A stretch of 64,000 bases of DNA from NCBI GenBank assembly GCA_963664325.2, contig CAXXDQ010000005.1:159277-223276 (forward strand), read 5' to 3'. The stretch is from Desulfomonilia bacterium (GTDB lineage: Bacteria; Desulfobacterota; Desulfomonilia; UBA1062). Of this stretch, positions 30,968 through 41,115 are shown one piece after another. The notes under the pieces are model-generated. The model made no database searches and had not been told where the DNA came from. It was given only the letters and a program-made list of their open reading frames with translations. The translations under genes were made by a program, and so were the position numbers. How positions within the stretch are numbered: position 1 is the stretch's first letter; every line of letters begins with the position of its first letter.

Positions 30968-31630
30968 ATGCAATATGCATATGACTTAATTCAAACCAAC
31001 CCTGAGTATTTTGCCTTGGGGTTCGTGCTGGTTAATGTTCTTTGGGTTCTTTTTGCCTATCTCAATAAACAAAGACACGACAAAGCATTGGCGAATCTGG
31101 CTCGCAATCTGAAACTGGAAGCAGAGCGGAGAAAGACCATATTTGAGCTAAAAGTTGCCCAATACGAATCCTATGTGAATAACCTGGATGAGTTTGGCAG
31201 AAAACATCAGGTGGACATTCCCTCACGGATGCAACCGATTTTTAAAAAATATCTTCGAGATATAATGGAAGCTTCGGAGCTGCAGAACAAGGAAAAGACG
31301 AAGGATGTAATTGTCTGGTTTTGCGATCAGATTACCACATTGATGCAGGAAGGTTTAAATGATGTGCTTAAACTTCAATCCGAATCCAACCGGTTAAAGC
31401 TTACCGCCACAGATGAAATGATTGAAACATTCAATAGACTTGAATACCTGACTAAGGAATCAATGGAAAAGACCAATGAATTCATGCAGAGATTCATTGA
31501 GATCAACCTTTCACAAAATGATGATGCAATAGATAACTACCTGCTGACCTCGAAAAAGATCGGGCTTGCCATGAAGACAGAGGCAGAAAAACTGATGAAA
31601 CAAATGAGAAACGAACTTGCGCAAATCTAG
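30968..31630 (+). CDS. Hypothetical protein with N-terminal TM and helical body
   Basis: 220-aa AT-rich ORF, one TM; no family recognised. Confidence 0.7.
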   Translation: MQYAYDLIQTNPEYFALGFVLVNVLWVLFAYLNKQRHDKALANLARNLKLEAERRKTIFELKVAQYESYVNNLDEFGRKHQVDIPSRMQPIFKKYLRDIMEASELQNKEKTKDVIVWFCDQITTLMQEGLNDVLKLQSESNRLKLTATDEMIETFNRLEYLTKESMEKTNEFMQRFIEINLSQNDDAIDNYLLTSKKIGLAMKTEAEKLMKQMRNELAQI

Positions 31631-31732
31631 GCTTCCCCGGGCACGCCAATCAGCTAATCGGACGCAGTATGCTGCGGGACGCTGAAAAAATAAATAACCT
31701 GAATGCTGTCTGAAACCTGGACCCCCTGGGTT

Positions 31733-32689
31733 TTATCGCGAAGCGGACAGGTCCGTGACAGCGGTCACGGGCATCAGGCGGAAGGTCAGGTCCGGGAAAT
31801 GGGCAGACAAGCCTTCTTTGATGCGCTGTTCTATTGCGGCTATATCGGACAGGCTCATATCAGAACCGAAAACCAGCTCCAGCTCTATGAAGCGCGTATT
31901 GCCGCTGCGGCGCGTGCAGACCAGCCCGATATTTTCGAAATTGGCGTATTCGCGCATTATGACCTGCAGTATTTTCATCTGGTCTTTCTCCGGCAGGGGG
32001 AGGTCGATGAGAGACTTGAAATTCTTCACGACGAGACGGCTGCCGTTTACCAGCATATAAGAGGCCAGCAGTACCGTCACAACAGGGTCGATCATCATGG
32101 CAGGCCCGCGCATGTTCATCGATATGAGAACCAGCGCCAGCCCCAGTGCCGCCATCACGCCCGTATCCACCACGGCTGATATCCTGTAGTTGATCCTGTA
32201 GGAACCCATTAGCGATGTCTGCCGCCGGTTCCGGCGTATTATCCATGAGGTAAATACAAATAGTCCCAGGGAACGGAGAAGAGATATCCCCATGGGTATC
32301 TGGCTCAGACCGAAGAGTATGTTTGCCGGAGGGTTGAAAAAGCGGATTACGGCTGAATAGATCAGGAAACAGCCCGTCGGCATAAGCAGGGTGCCGTATA
32401 AAAGACTGGTGAAGTTCTCAAGTTTGCCCACGCCGTAAGGGAATGTGAAGATGTTTTTTCTGAGCATGATGCGGATGGCCGCGAAGGCGAAAATATTGAC
32501 GATGATTGACAGGCCGTAGTCAACCGCCACTGCGAAGATGGTCAGGGAATCCGAAACGAGACCGATGGCGATAAACAGGACAGTGAGCGGAATAAGCGTT
32601 CCGACTCCCCAGTACACCACGAGGCGGAGGTCGTTCAGCTGCCGGGAAGATTCGTCTTGAAACTTCGTATTGGTATGGTTTTCAGGCAT
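31733..32689 (-). CDS. Cation diffusion facilitator family transporter (divergent)
   Basis: FPYGVGKLE, 6 TM segments, C-terminal dimerisation domain (RRSGNTRFIELEL); GGAG SD before ATG 32689. Confidence 0.8.
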   Translation of the reverse strand: MPENHTNTKFQDESSRQLNDLRLVVYWGVGTLIPLTVLFIAIGLVSDSLTIFAVAVDYGLSIIVNIFAFAAIRIMLRKNIFTFPYGVGKLENFTSLLYGTLLMPTGCFLIYSAVIRFFNPPANILFGLSQIPMGISLLRSLGLFVFTSWIIRRNRRQTSLMGSYRINYRISAVVDTGVMAALGLALVLISMNMRGPAMMIDPVVTVLLASYMLVNGSRLVVKNFKSLIDLPLPEKDQMKILQVIMREYANFENIGLVCTRRSGNTRFIELELVFGSDMSLSDIAAIEQRIKEGLSAHFPDLTFRLMPVTAVTDLSASR

Positions 32690-32945
32690 AGTCTCCAGTT
32701 TGAAGATATAAGGCGGGCAGACTTTTTTTGTCAATTAAATGTTGATGCCGTCATGCGTATCCTGCACGGCAGTGATATAACCGGGAAAGACGGGCGCTAA
32801 ATATCTTGAATTAATTATTTCGCTGGGCAGGAGGGGCCGCAACAGTTGACAGTTAAATGTAGAATGTTGAGACCCGTAGACCTTCCCTTTAATAAATTTA
32901 TGAAATTACCGATAAAATTATAAGGACATGAAAGATGTGAGGTGA

Positions 32946-34694
32946 ATGATGAATAGTACAGGGAATATGCTCCCATCAATAAAAATGAAAATGTTCTTTT
33001 TATGTATTGCAGTTCTTCTCTCTGCAGGCTGTTCCAGCAAAAGTGACAACCCGGGGGAATCAATTCAGCCTTCGCTTGTAAGGGATACGGTTTACGGCCA
33101 GGTCAGGGGCGCAGCAGACAGATACAGCACTCTTTCATGGCTTGGGATTAAATATGCAAAAGCGCCTGAAGGCGAACTCCGCTGGAAGGCACCGAGAGAC
33201 CCGGATGCATGGGAAGGGACAAGGGATGCCACATCATTCTGCGATGCATGCGTACAGTACGGCACGGCACTCAACTGGATTGACTATGACCTTTTCGGCA
33301 AACCGCAGGGTTGCGAGGACTGCCTTTGCCTCAACATCTGGAGGCCTGATACATTGCAGGAGAATCTCCCTGTTTTCGTCTATATCCATGGAGGGGCGAA
33401 CCTTATCGGCTCATCCAGCCTCGATGTCTACAACGGAGCGCATCTCAGCTCAAAGGCCAATATGATCGTGGTTACGATTAACTACAGGCTCGGGCTTGTG
33501 GGCTGGTTTTATCACCCTGTGCTCAATACCGGAGACAGCCTCGACGATTCGGGAAATTACGGAACACTGGACATCATCAAGTCTCTCGAATGGGTGAGGG
33601 ACAATATTGGCTCCTTCGGCGGCGATCCGGCCAATGTAACTATTGCGGGACAGTCGGCCGGGGCCATGAATGTCCTGTCACTTATGGCATCTCCAAAGGC
33701 CGAAGGTCTCTTCCACAAGGCGGCCATTCACAGCGGCTTCATGATTTCGTCTTCAAAGGCATCTGCACAGAAATGGACCCTTAATGTCATAAGGCGGCTG
33801 CTCATCCAGGAAGGGCGGGCTGCTGACAATGATGAAGCTGACGCAATCATTGCAGAGGAAGGCACTGCCCTGGGCGAATATCTCAGGAATCTGCCTGCGG
33901 AAAAAATATATGAATCGGCCGTTGCCACCAAAACCGGAGGCACCTCGGACAACCAGGGCAACATAAGCGATGCCATGTTCGGAATTTTCGAAGATGGGAC
34001 TGTGATCGACGAGAGAATAAGGCTCAAGATCAGAGACGGCAATTACAGCCATGTGCCGGTGATAATCGGCTGCAATTCGAGCGAACTGAAGATGTTTCTG
34101 ATGATGTTTCTGGTAGACTCTGAAGATCTGTACAAACTGATAAGGGAATATGACCCTGATGTCTCCACCACGGATGTGGAAGATATCATAGGCGCTGGTG
34201 CTGCAGAAATGTACGAACAGGGCGTATCGGCAGGACAGGTCGTTTTCAGCAATTATGGAGTCGACTATACCGCAGGCCTGCTGTCCTCACACGGGGATTC
34301 AGTCTATGCGTATAACTTCGTCTGGGATAATGGAACCGGGCCTTTCAAATTCCTGCTGGGCGGTTCCCATGCAGAGGATGTACCTTTCATGTTCGGAAAT
34401 TTCCTTCCTCAGGGCCAAAGCCTGATCGGGCTGATGTGGGACGATGAGAATGAGCCTGAGAGAAACCTCATATCAAATGAAATGATGGCCTACTGGGGCA
34501 GCTTTGCCTGGTATGGCGATCCGAACATCAGTTCAGGTCAGCCGCAATGGGATGAATACGGCGAAGGAAAACATATGGTGATAGGGCAGGGCTTACCTCA
34601 CATGGCTGATAACGCTGAAACTGCTGCCGAAGTCGAATGCCCGGCCTGCGTTATCGACGATGTCCTCGAGAGCATGCCTGCAGGAGGGTATTAG
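32946..34694 (+). CDS. Type B carboxylesterase (pNB esterase-like) lipoprotein
   Basis: LRWKAP, EDCLCLNIW, HGG, NYRLG, FGGDPANVTIAGQSAG, SHAEDVPF; lipobox SAGC. Confidence 0.92.
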   Translation: MMNSTGNMLPSIKMKMFFLCIAVLLSAGCSSKSDNPGESIQPSLVRDTVYGQVRGAADRYSTLSWLGIKYAKAPEGELRWKAPRDPDAWEGTRDATSFCDACVQYGTALNWIDYDLFGKPQGCEDCLCLNIWRPDTLQENLPVFVYIHGGANLIGSSSLDVYNGAHLSSKANMIVVTINYRLGLVGWFYHPVLNTGDSLDDSGNYGTLDIIKSLEWVRDNIGSFGGDPANVTIAGQSAGAMNVLSLMASPKAEGLFHKAAIHSGFMISSSKASAQKWTLNVIRRLLIQEGRAADNDEADAIIAEEGTALGEYLRNLPAEKIYESAVATKTGGTSDNQGNISDAMFGIFEDGTVIDERIRLKIRDGNYSHVPVIIGCNSSELKMFLMMFLVDSEDLYKLIREYDPDVSTTDVEDIIGAGAAEMYEQGVSAGQVVFSNYGVDYTAGLLSSHGDSVYAYNFVWDNGTGPFKFLLGGSHAEDVPFMFGNFLPQGQSLIGLMWDDENEPERNLISNEMMAYWGSFAWYGDPNISSGQPQWDEYGEGKHMVIGQGLPHMADNAETAAEVECPACVIDDVLESMPAGGY

Positions 34695-34798
34695 TCTGAC
34701 AATTTATTTCCTGTTTGCGATAGTACGGGAGGCAGCTGACATCTGTTTGCTGCCAGACCGGACTCGGCAGGGATTACTGCCTGAAGCTTCTTATTTCC

Positions 34799-35080
34799 TT
34801 ATTTTATCAGACCCTTGAATCTTGCATATCTGACCATGCAGCTGAATGCATATACGGCACGCTCGGGCGTGGGATATGACGGTACGCCGAGTTTCATGAA
34901 GCCTTCATGCACATGCCTGGCTTCTTTTCAGTGCCTCAGTAATAGGCTGCAAAAACAGGCTTGTGATGGTGTGCCCTTATGATGTCACCGAAGGCTTCCT
35001 CGATGTCGTATATTGTTTCAGGCATCAGCACGAAGATGATCATGACCGCGTCGATGTCCTTCTGGTCGAGGATGTACTAT
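34799..35080 (-). pseudogene. C-terminal remnant of NDP-forming acyl-CoA synthetase
   Basis: DIDAVMIIF..KPVFAAYY* then, after a frameshift, GVPSYPTPERAVYAF. Confidence 0.75.
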
Positions 35081-35148
35081 AGTGCAAGAGTGCAGGAGGG
35101 GTCTGCCCCCAACAATTGACAACATATAAAGTGAAAAGGGCCGCAGGA

Positions 35149-35937
35149 TCAACCTTCCGGGTACCCTGTCAGATAAGTTATATAAAACGGCATCGATGAT
35201 TTTATGCGGCCCGTCTTCCATGAATAGCCGCGGTCCCTGAAGGGTTTGATGAGTTCTTCAAGCTCATGCTCCGAATATGACCTGAGGCAGCTGACGATGC
35301 CGTCCCAGAAAACCGTAACGGGCAATACCGGGATCAGGAATGTCCATAAGATGCGCCTTAAGCGTAAAGGTCTGATCAGGGAAAATTTAAGCAGCAGCCA
35401 GAAGTCCAGAGGCAGGCCGAAAAGGAAAATATATTTGAGAAGGGACTTTTCAGTATATTCAAATATGCCTATGCCCTGCCGTTTTTCAACGGCATCGGAT
35501 ATGATATTCCGGGCGGATTCCTCATTGAAGTGATGGAAGGAGCTGAAGAAGGTCCTGAACCCGTGAAGGCTTTCAGGCACATTCATGGCATCCACTGGCT
35601 TATCGATATATTTTATTCTGCCGTTCGAGTTATCCGAGAGACCTTTAAATGCAGCCATGTTTGGGTTTTTATCCGTGAGTGTTATCTCGGTTTTGCAGGC
35701 GATATCGGCGCTCGCGGCATTCATGGCCGTAACGACCGGGGAGCCTGCGCCTGAGCAGAGGTCGACTATTCTGAAGCTTTCACTCATGCCGATTACAGGT
35801 TCAAGAAGGCCCGCTACAGGCGCGTATATTTTTTTTAAAGACTCGTAATATGAGAGGAATTCGGTAAACAGGTCCCGCCATATGTCAGGGAATCCCTCAA
35901 GGTCATGCAGTTCGAAAAGGCGTATGCGCTTTTTCAT
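35149..35937 (-). CDS. Class I SAM-dependent methyltransferase-like protein
   Basis: Likely start MKKRIRLFE (35937); IVDLCSGAG, TLTDK, SFHHF, DGIVSCLRSY. Confidence 0.75.
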   Translation of the reverse strand: MKKRIRLFELHDLEGFPDIWRDLFTEFLSYYESLKKIYAPVAGLLEPVIGMSESFRIVDLCSGAGSPVVTAMNAASADIACKTEITLTDKNPNMAAFKGLSDNSNGRIKYIDKPVDAMNVPESLHGFRTFFSSFHHFNEESARNIISDAVEKRQGIGIFEYTEKSLLKYIFLFGLPLDFWLLLKFSLIRPLRLRRILWTFLIPVLPVTVFWDGIVSCLRSYSEHELEELIKPFRDRGYSWKTGRIKSSMPFYITYLTGYPEG

Positions 35938-36002
35938 CTTGTACCTATTATTAAACCCGATGCCGCATATCTGCAAGCCGTCAGCGCCGGGTGGTGATTC
36001 TT

Positions 36003-36533
36003 TCAGACCGGTTTCCTGATCCCTGTCGCGTCCCGGATGGTCTGTGCGATGAATTCCGCCTGGTCGGATTCCGGTATCGACGAGATCAGTTTCCTCTCTT
36101 TTTTCGAATAGTCCGCGTACATGATCGCATATGTCCTGCGGCCCCGGCCGCCGCTGCGCTCCCTGACGATAAAGTCCGTGATGTCCTCCCTTCTGACGTC
36201 CCTGTTCCCGAACCATGGAACGGGTCCCGAGCAGACCTTTATGCCTGAAAGGGAGATGACGATATCAGTCCTGTTGAACAGGGATGCCAAGACATAATAT
36301 GTTAAGCCGATACCTACCGCCACATGTCCTATCGGGAAGAAGAGGGCCATGAATTCAGGATCGGATTGAGCGAGAGCCTTCGAGTACCAGAAAAAAAGAA
36401 AGCCGTCCCAGAAAACGGCGAATAGCGCAATCGGAGCTATCCTCCATGACAGCCAGACCCTGCGTATAATGGTGCCGTATTCTCCGTTTATCAGGTCAAG
36501 CCCTTCCGGTATGGTCGAAAAAGATGTTCCCAT
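36003..36533 (-). CDS. Hypothetical membrane protein
   Basis: Two TM segments (FAVFWDGF..HVAVG); start probably MGTSF. Confidence 0.65.
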   Translation of the reverse strand: MGTSFSTIPEGLDLINGEYGTIIRRVWLSWRIAPIALFAVFWDGFLFFWYSKALAQSDPEFMALFFPIGHVAVGIGLTYYVLASLFNRTDIVISLSGIKVCSGPVPWFGNRDVRREDITDFIVRERSGGRGRRTYAIMYADYSKKERKLISSIPESDQAEFIAQTIRDATGIRKPV

Positions 36534-36638
36534 AGCCCGCCTCGCTTGTGGTTTTGATGACAATATTAACCCTGCGGTCAAATAACGCAAGCCACTATCC
36601 TCATTGATTAAGTTTCATCTTTGGCTTAAAATTTTCAT

Positions 36639-37697
36639 ATGGATAAAAAGCCTTTGATCGGCATAGCCCTCGACAGCGGGGGCGCAAAGGGCGGCGCCCA
36701 TCTCGGTGTGCTTGACGTCCTTAAAGAAAACGGCATCGATGTCGACATAATAGCGGGTTCAAGTGCGGGCGCCTTTGCTGGCGCCATTTATGCCACCGGG
36801 ACAAAGGGGAAGTTTCTTGAGGTATTGAAGGACATGAAATGGCAGGACGCCCTGAGCTATTATGTCGACCCTGTCTTCCCTGTATCGGGCCTTCTCGGAG
36901 GAAAACGCGCACGGACCTTTCTTAACCATATACTCGGGGATGCGCTGATAGAAAACCTGCCGGTCAGGTATGCGGCGGTTGCCACTGATCTTCTGTCCGG
37001 CGATACTGTCGTACTGGCCCGGGGTCTGCTTGCGGATGCAGTCATGGCGAGCGCTTCCATGCCCGGTATTTTCAAGCCCGTCGTCAACGGCGACAAGCTG
37101 CTTACCGACGGCGGCGTTTCCGACCCGCTGCCGCTTGATGTGCTGAGGTCCTGCAATCCCGATATAACCATAGCGGTAAATCTGCATGCAAGCCTTACCG
37201 GCAGGTATAATGCCGGCCAGCGCAAGGCCCTGATAAAGGCCGAGGAAGAGCAAGCTGATGCCGGCTATGAAGATGTGCTTTATGACTGGCTTTCCAGAAT
37301 TTCCAAGGGGCAGTGGCTTGTGGATAATGTCAGGCCGATTACCGACAGCCTTCGCAGGCGAATTGACCCGGATGCAGACGGCAAGATAGATTTTATTGAA
37401 AAAATCAAAGACCAGTTCAATATCAGCATGAAGAACCTTCTTGAAAACAGCTTTTCATCCGGCGGCAAATACATGAATATCTTCGATGTGCTCATTTCAT
37501 CGACAAACATACAGCAGTATCAGAAAAACAGGCTCATGCTCAAATATGAAAAACCGGATATCCTCATAAATCCCGATGTCGCTGAAATAGGCTCCCTGGA
37601 ATTCACAAGGACGAAAGAGGCGATTGAAGAAGGCCGCCGCTGCGCCCTTGAAGCGCTCCCGGAGATCAAGGATTTGATTGGCAGAAGGATTCAATAA
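36639..37697 (+). CDS. Patatin-like phospholipase (RssA-like)
   Basis: GGAKGGAHLG, GSSAG, DGG. Confidence 0.9.
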   Translation: MDKKPLIGIALDSGGAKGGAHLGVLDVLKENGIDVDIIAGSSAGAFAGAIYATGTKGKFLEVLKDMKWQDALSYYVDPVFPVSGLLGGKRARTFLNHILGDALIENLPVRYAAVATDLLSGDTVVLARGLLADAVMASASMPGIFKPVVNGDKLLTDGGVSDPLPLDVLRSCNPDITIAVNLHASLTGRYNAGQRKALIKAEEEQADAGYEDVLYDWLSRISKGQWLVDNVRPITDSLRRRIDPDADGKIDFIEKIKDQFNISMKNLLENSFSSGGKYMNIFDVLISSTNIQQYQKNRLMLKYEKPDILINPDVAEIGSLEFTRTKEAIEEGRRCALEALPEIKDLIGRRIQ

Positions 37698-37903
37698 GAG
37701 GAGGTCATATATTTCATGCTTTTAAAGATCTGAAGCCAGGCCATTGCTGCCGGGCGCGGTTCGTAAATGACAACCGGGGAACATGGTTTTTTTGAAAATT
37801 GAAATTCTCGAAATTGAGATTATAATCCGGTCATGTTAAGAAAAACGAAGACCCGGCTTACTTCGCTGAAACCTTTTAATGCATCATAAAAACTATTACG
37901 GAG

Positions 37904-38500
37904 GTGTTCATGAAAAAGTTAACGTTGTTGTATGTCGTTGTCATTCTGGTTCTCGGTACCGCCAGCCTTTCTTTCGCTGCACAATCCAAAGCGGAACCCA
38001 AGGCGGCTGACAAGCCGATAGGTGCCGCTATGGTCGATGTGGTAAAAATCACGGCTACGGTTCAGAAGATCGATGTTGCGACCCGGATGGTTACGCTCAA
38101 GGGCCCTGAAGGAAACACCGTTACATTCAAGGCCGGCGACGCAGTAAAGAACCTTGACCAGGTAAAGGCCGGCGATAGGGTAACTGCCAAATACATGGAG
38201 TCCGTGGCCGTATTTGTCCGCAAGACAAGCGATCCTGCCAGTGCCGGAGAACTGGATGCGGTAGGAGTGGCTCCGAAAGGGGAAAAGCCCGGCCTGGTAA
38301 TGGTCCAGACAGACGAAATAACCGCAAAAGTCCAGGCAGTTGATTTGAAGAAGCGCACAATCAAACTTACGGGACCGGAAGGGAAGACGAAGACCATCAA
38401 AGTGGGCCAGAACGTCAGGAGACTGGGCGAGATCAAAAAAGGAGATGACGTCACGCTGCGGGTGACCCAGGCCTTTGCAATCGACGTGATGAAGCCCTGA
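37904..38500 (+). CDS. Secreted protein with two repeated beta domains
   Basis: Signal peptide; internal repeat ITAxVQxxD..R.x.L.GPEG..VKxxD. Confidence 0.75.
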   Translation: MFMKKLTLLYVVVILVLGTASLSFAAQSKAEPKAADKPIGAAMVDVVKITATVQKIDVATRMVTLKGPEGNTVTFKAGDAVKNLDQVKAGDRVTAKYMESVAVFVRKTSDPASAGELDAVGVAPKGEKPGLVMVQTDEITAKVQAVDLKKRTIKLTGPEGKTKTIKVGQNVRRLGEIKKGDDVTLRVTQAFAIDVMKP

Positions 38501-38546
38501 CATCCCGAGACTGGCAGCCTGTTTGAATCTGAATTTGCAGTACATC

Positions 38547-38575
38547 AGGGGAAGTCTGAACCGGGACTTCCCCTC
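38547..38575 (+). terminator. Hairpin between convergent genes
   Basis: AGGGGAAGTC...GACTTCCCCT. Confidence 0.5.
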
Positions 38576-38707
38576 TTAATGTACCAGGCGGGATTTTCAT
38601 GGAATTCTGCCGCCCTGACAGCCTGTGCAGCGCACCGGCTCCGCATCGGCATCCGGCTGCTTGTTATGCCGGACTGGCTCCGGCCCCGGTATTCAGGCCA
38701 GGCCCGC

Positions 38708-39712
38708 TCATTCGGCCTTTTTCCAAGTCCTGTCCGGGTTGAAGGCCTGCATGTTCTTTGCAATATCCACAGTTTTAGGCCCGAGGTCTTTCTGGTAGAC
38801 GACGCCTTCGAAGTTCACGATAAACGTCATCACGCCGGAATCGCCGTATGAAGCCGGGAATGCCACAAGCGCAAATCCGCCTATCATGTTGCCGTTAACG
38901 AGGTAGCTGTATGTCCCGCCGCGTGCGTCACCGCCCTGGGCCGTCAGTATCCTGAAGAAGTAGCCGTTATATGGTGCAGGCTTGTCATCCTTCATGTAAC
39001 CTTCAGCCTGTGCCTTTGCCGCTAGCGGCCCGAGGGGACTCGGCTTTTCACCCGATTTTACCTCCCAGTACAGGCCGTCCGTCTTTCCTCTGGTGCTTAA
39101 AAGCTTCTGCGCATATTCCAGCCGTCCGTCACCGTTGCGGTCGAGGGTTGCATATTCATGCTCGGCATCGGCGATCGCCAGGCAGGTCTGGATGGCGCCC
39201 AGTTCGTTCCTTCCTATCCGGCGTCTTAGGATTTCTTCCCGGCCCTTTTTCGTATCGAAATGCCAGCCCTGGCCGGTTTTCACAATCGGAACCGGGAACG
39301 GCCAGTCGTTGGACCCGACATAGAGAATGGCCTTTGTTTTGCCCGAGGTTTTCATGTGGTTCTTCTCATCGTAGCGAAGGATGAATTTCTCCCGTTCTTT
39401 TTTGTCTTCGACGGGATCTCCTGACAGGATCAGCTTCCTGCTGTTAGGCCCCAGAATGGCGAGAAGCTCCTTTTCGCTGCTGCCACGGAGGGCCTTGACC
39501 AGAGCTTCCACTGCTGCGGCCGGGGTCGTGAATGTTTTCTGCTTCGGCTGCGACGCCAGGGCTGTTCCTTCGAGCAGCAATGCGGCAATCAGAATAACAG
39601 CGCAGCCCATGAGAAGCCGGGCTGACGGGGATCTCATTAGTAATGAGTGCATGGTTATGTCCTCCAATGATAATTTCCTGGTCTTAACATGTGCAGGCAT
39701 GTCCCTCTCCAA
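38708..39712 (-). CDS. DUF2950 family protein
   Basis: WPFPVPIVK, GREEILRRRIGRNELGAI, DGLYW, GGFALVAFPASYGDSGVMTF, QKDLG; start uncertain. Confidence 0.88.
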   Translation of the reverse strand: MERDMPAHVKTRKLSLEDITMHSLLMRSPSARLLMGCAVILIAALLLEGTALASQPKQKTFTTPAAAVEALVKALRGSSEKELLAILGPNSRKLILSGDPVEDKKEREKFILRYDEKNHMKTSGKTKAILYVGSNDWPFPVPIVKTGQGWHFDTKKGREEILRRRIGRNELGAIQTCLAIADAEHEYATLDRNGDGRLEYAQKLLSTRGKTDGLYWEVKSGEKPSPLGPLAAKAQAEGYMKDDKPAPYNGYFFRILTAQGGDARGGTYSYLVNGNMIGGFALVAFPASYGDSGVMTFIVNFEGVVYQKDLGPKTVDIAKNMQAFNPDRTWKKAE

Positions 39713-39714
39713 TC

Positions 39715-40878
39715 CTATATACGGCCTCTTCCGCCTCCGCCGCTGAAGTGCCCGCCGCCGGAAGGCCGTGAGGAAGTCCCTTCATTGTGCATGCTCTGAT
39801 TGCCTCTTTCGCTGTCCCTTTGAACCTCATTCCCCCGGTCCATGCCCTCAAAAGCGCTGTCGGATGCATTGGTCCCCGCCTTGTCATAACCGCGGTAGTC
39901 CATCCTGCTATCCACAGCGGAAGGGTTTGAAGGTGAATATTTGTCGCGGGTGGACGTGTCACTGTAGGGAATTCCCTGCCTGTGATCGGGGTCGTGCTGC
40001 CACTGCTGTCCGGCATTTTCTCCGCCGGTATTCTTCCCGGAAACGGGTGGGGGATTGGCATTTGAGGGTTTTGTCCCCTGGGCTTTGGGAGGAGGCGGAG
40101 GTGGAGGGGGCGGTCCCGGAGGACCGGGGTGGGGAGGCCTCGGCGGTGGCGGCGGCGGGGTTACGATGATCGTTCCCCCGTGCCAGTTGCATCCGTGATT
40201 CCACCCGTACCATGAAGCGCCGATCACGACGCCCACTGAAAATGTGAAAAAAGCCGCACCCGGCGGATATGCATAAACAGGATAAGGCGGATAGGCAGGA
40301 TACCACCATGTCCCGTAAATAACAGCAGGGTCGTACACCGGGACATAAATCACCTGGGGATTGGCGGGCTGAATGATGATGACGTCCCCGTCATTCTTGA
40401 TCTCCTGCTGTTGCGTGTTTTTCAGATTGCCAGCCTGTTTCGCCTTCTTGCGAAGGTTCTGTACCGTATCCATGACGTCTTTCTGCTGTGCCAGAAAAGC
40501 GTCGCCAAGGCTCTGGGTCCAATCAAGCTTGTCGTTCATCATGTCGAGAACGTCCGGGAAGGAGACGAGAGATTTGACGCTTACGTCCCAGTTCTGCTTA
40601 TCGAGGGCCGCCTGCAGGTCATCCCCTTTCAGCTTCTTGTTATTTTGCAGCCACCGGTCAGCCTGCACCACTTCGATGGGATAAGTCGAGGCCATGAATA
40701 TCTGGGTCAGAAGGCTGTCCGGGTAAAGGGCAATCGGGGCAAGCATCTGGTCAAGCTCCTCCTGCTTGAATTTCTTTGCAGGCGGGTTATCTGCTGACAG
40801 GGGGACAGCAACAGCCAGACTGAAAATAATAAAGCCGATCAGCGCCGGTTTTCCTGAGCCTTTTATTCTCATATTCAT
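39715..40878 (-). CDS. DUF3300 family protein
   Basis: LDQMLAPIALYPDSLL, WDVSVKSL, WTQSLGDAF, IYVPVYDP; Pro/Gly-rich tail. Confidence 0.9.
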   Translation of the reverse strand: MNMRIKGSGKPALIGFIIFSLAVAVPLSADNPPAKKFKQEELDQMLAPIALYPDSLLTQIFMASTYPIEVVQADRWLQNNKKLKGDDLQAALDKQNWDVSVKSLVSFPDVLDMMNDKLDWTQSLGDAFLAQQKDVMDTVQNLRKKAKQAGNLKNTQQQEIKNDGDVIIIQPANPQVIYVPVYDPAVIYGTWWYPAYPPYPVYAYPPGAAFFTFSVGVVIGASWYGWNHGCNWHGGTIIVTPPPPPPRPPHPGPPGPPPPPPPPPKAQGTKPSNANPPPVSGKNTGGENAGQQWQHDPDHRQGIPYSDTSTRDKYSPSNPSAVDSRMDYRGYDKAGTNASDSAFEGMDRGNEVQRDSERGNQSMHNEGTSSRPSGGGHFSGGGGRGRI

Positions 40879-41026
40879 ACCTCGCTTATGTTATGTGTTA
40901 TTGCCGTTGGATGCTATCTTTTATCTAGGTTGATGTCTGGTTTCTTCCTGTTGCCTGGATACATCAATTATCAATTTTGATAGATTATATATAAACTTTT
41001 TTGTGATGAAATGACAGAGAGTATAT

Positions 41027-41054
41027 GGTGCAGGAAAAACTTCCTGCACCTTTT
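41027..41054. terminator. Rho-independent terminator-like hairpin
   Basis: GGTGCAGGAA-AAAC-TTCCTGCACC-TTTT, downstream of trpB2. Confidence 0.6.
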
Positions 41055-41115
41055 GATTTATTATGAATGCAAGGCTTAAGAACAAAGCATTTCTACTGGC
41101 ATGCCTTGTCTATTA

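Noticed and set aside
35938-36216. 93-aa N-terminal extension of the methyltransferase-like ORF
   Set aside because: It overlaps the upstream membrane-protein gene in another frame; the family-like sequence begins at MKKRIRLFE.
40085-40160. G-rich low-complexity tract
   Set aside because: It simply encodes the poly-proline tail of the DUF3300 protein.
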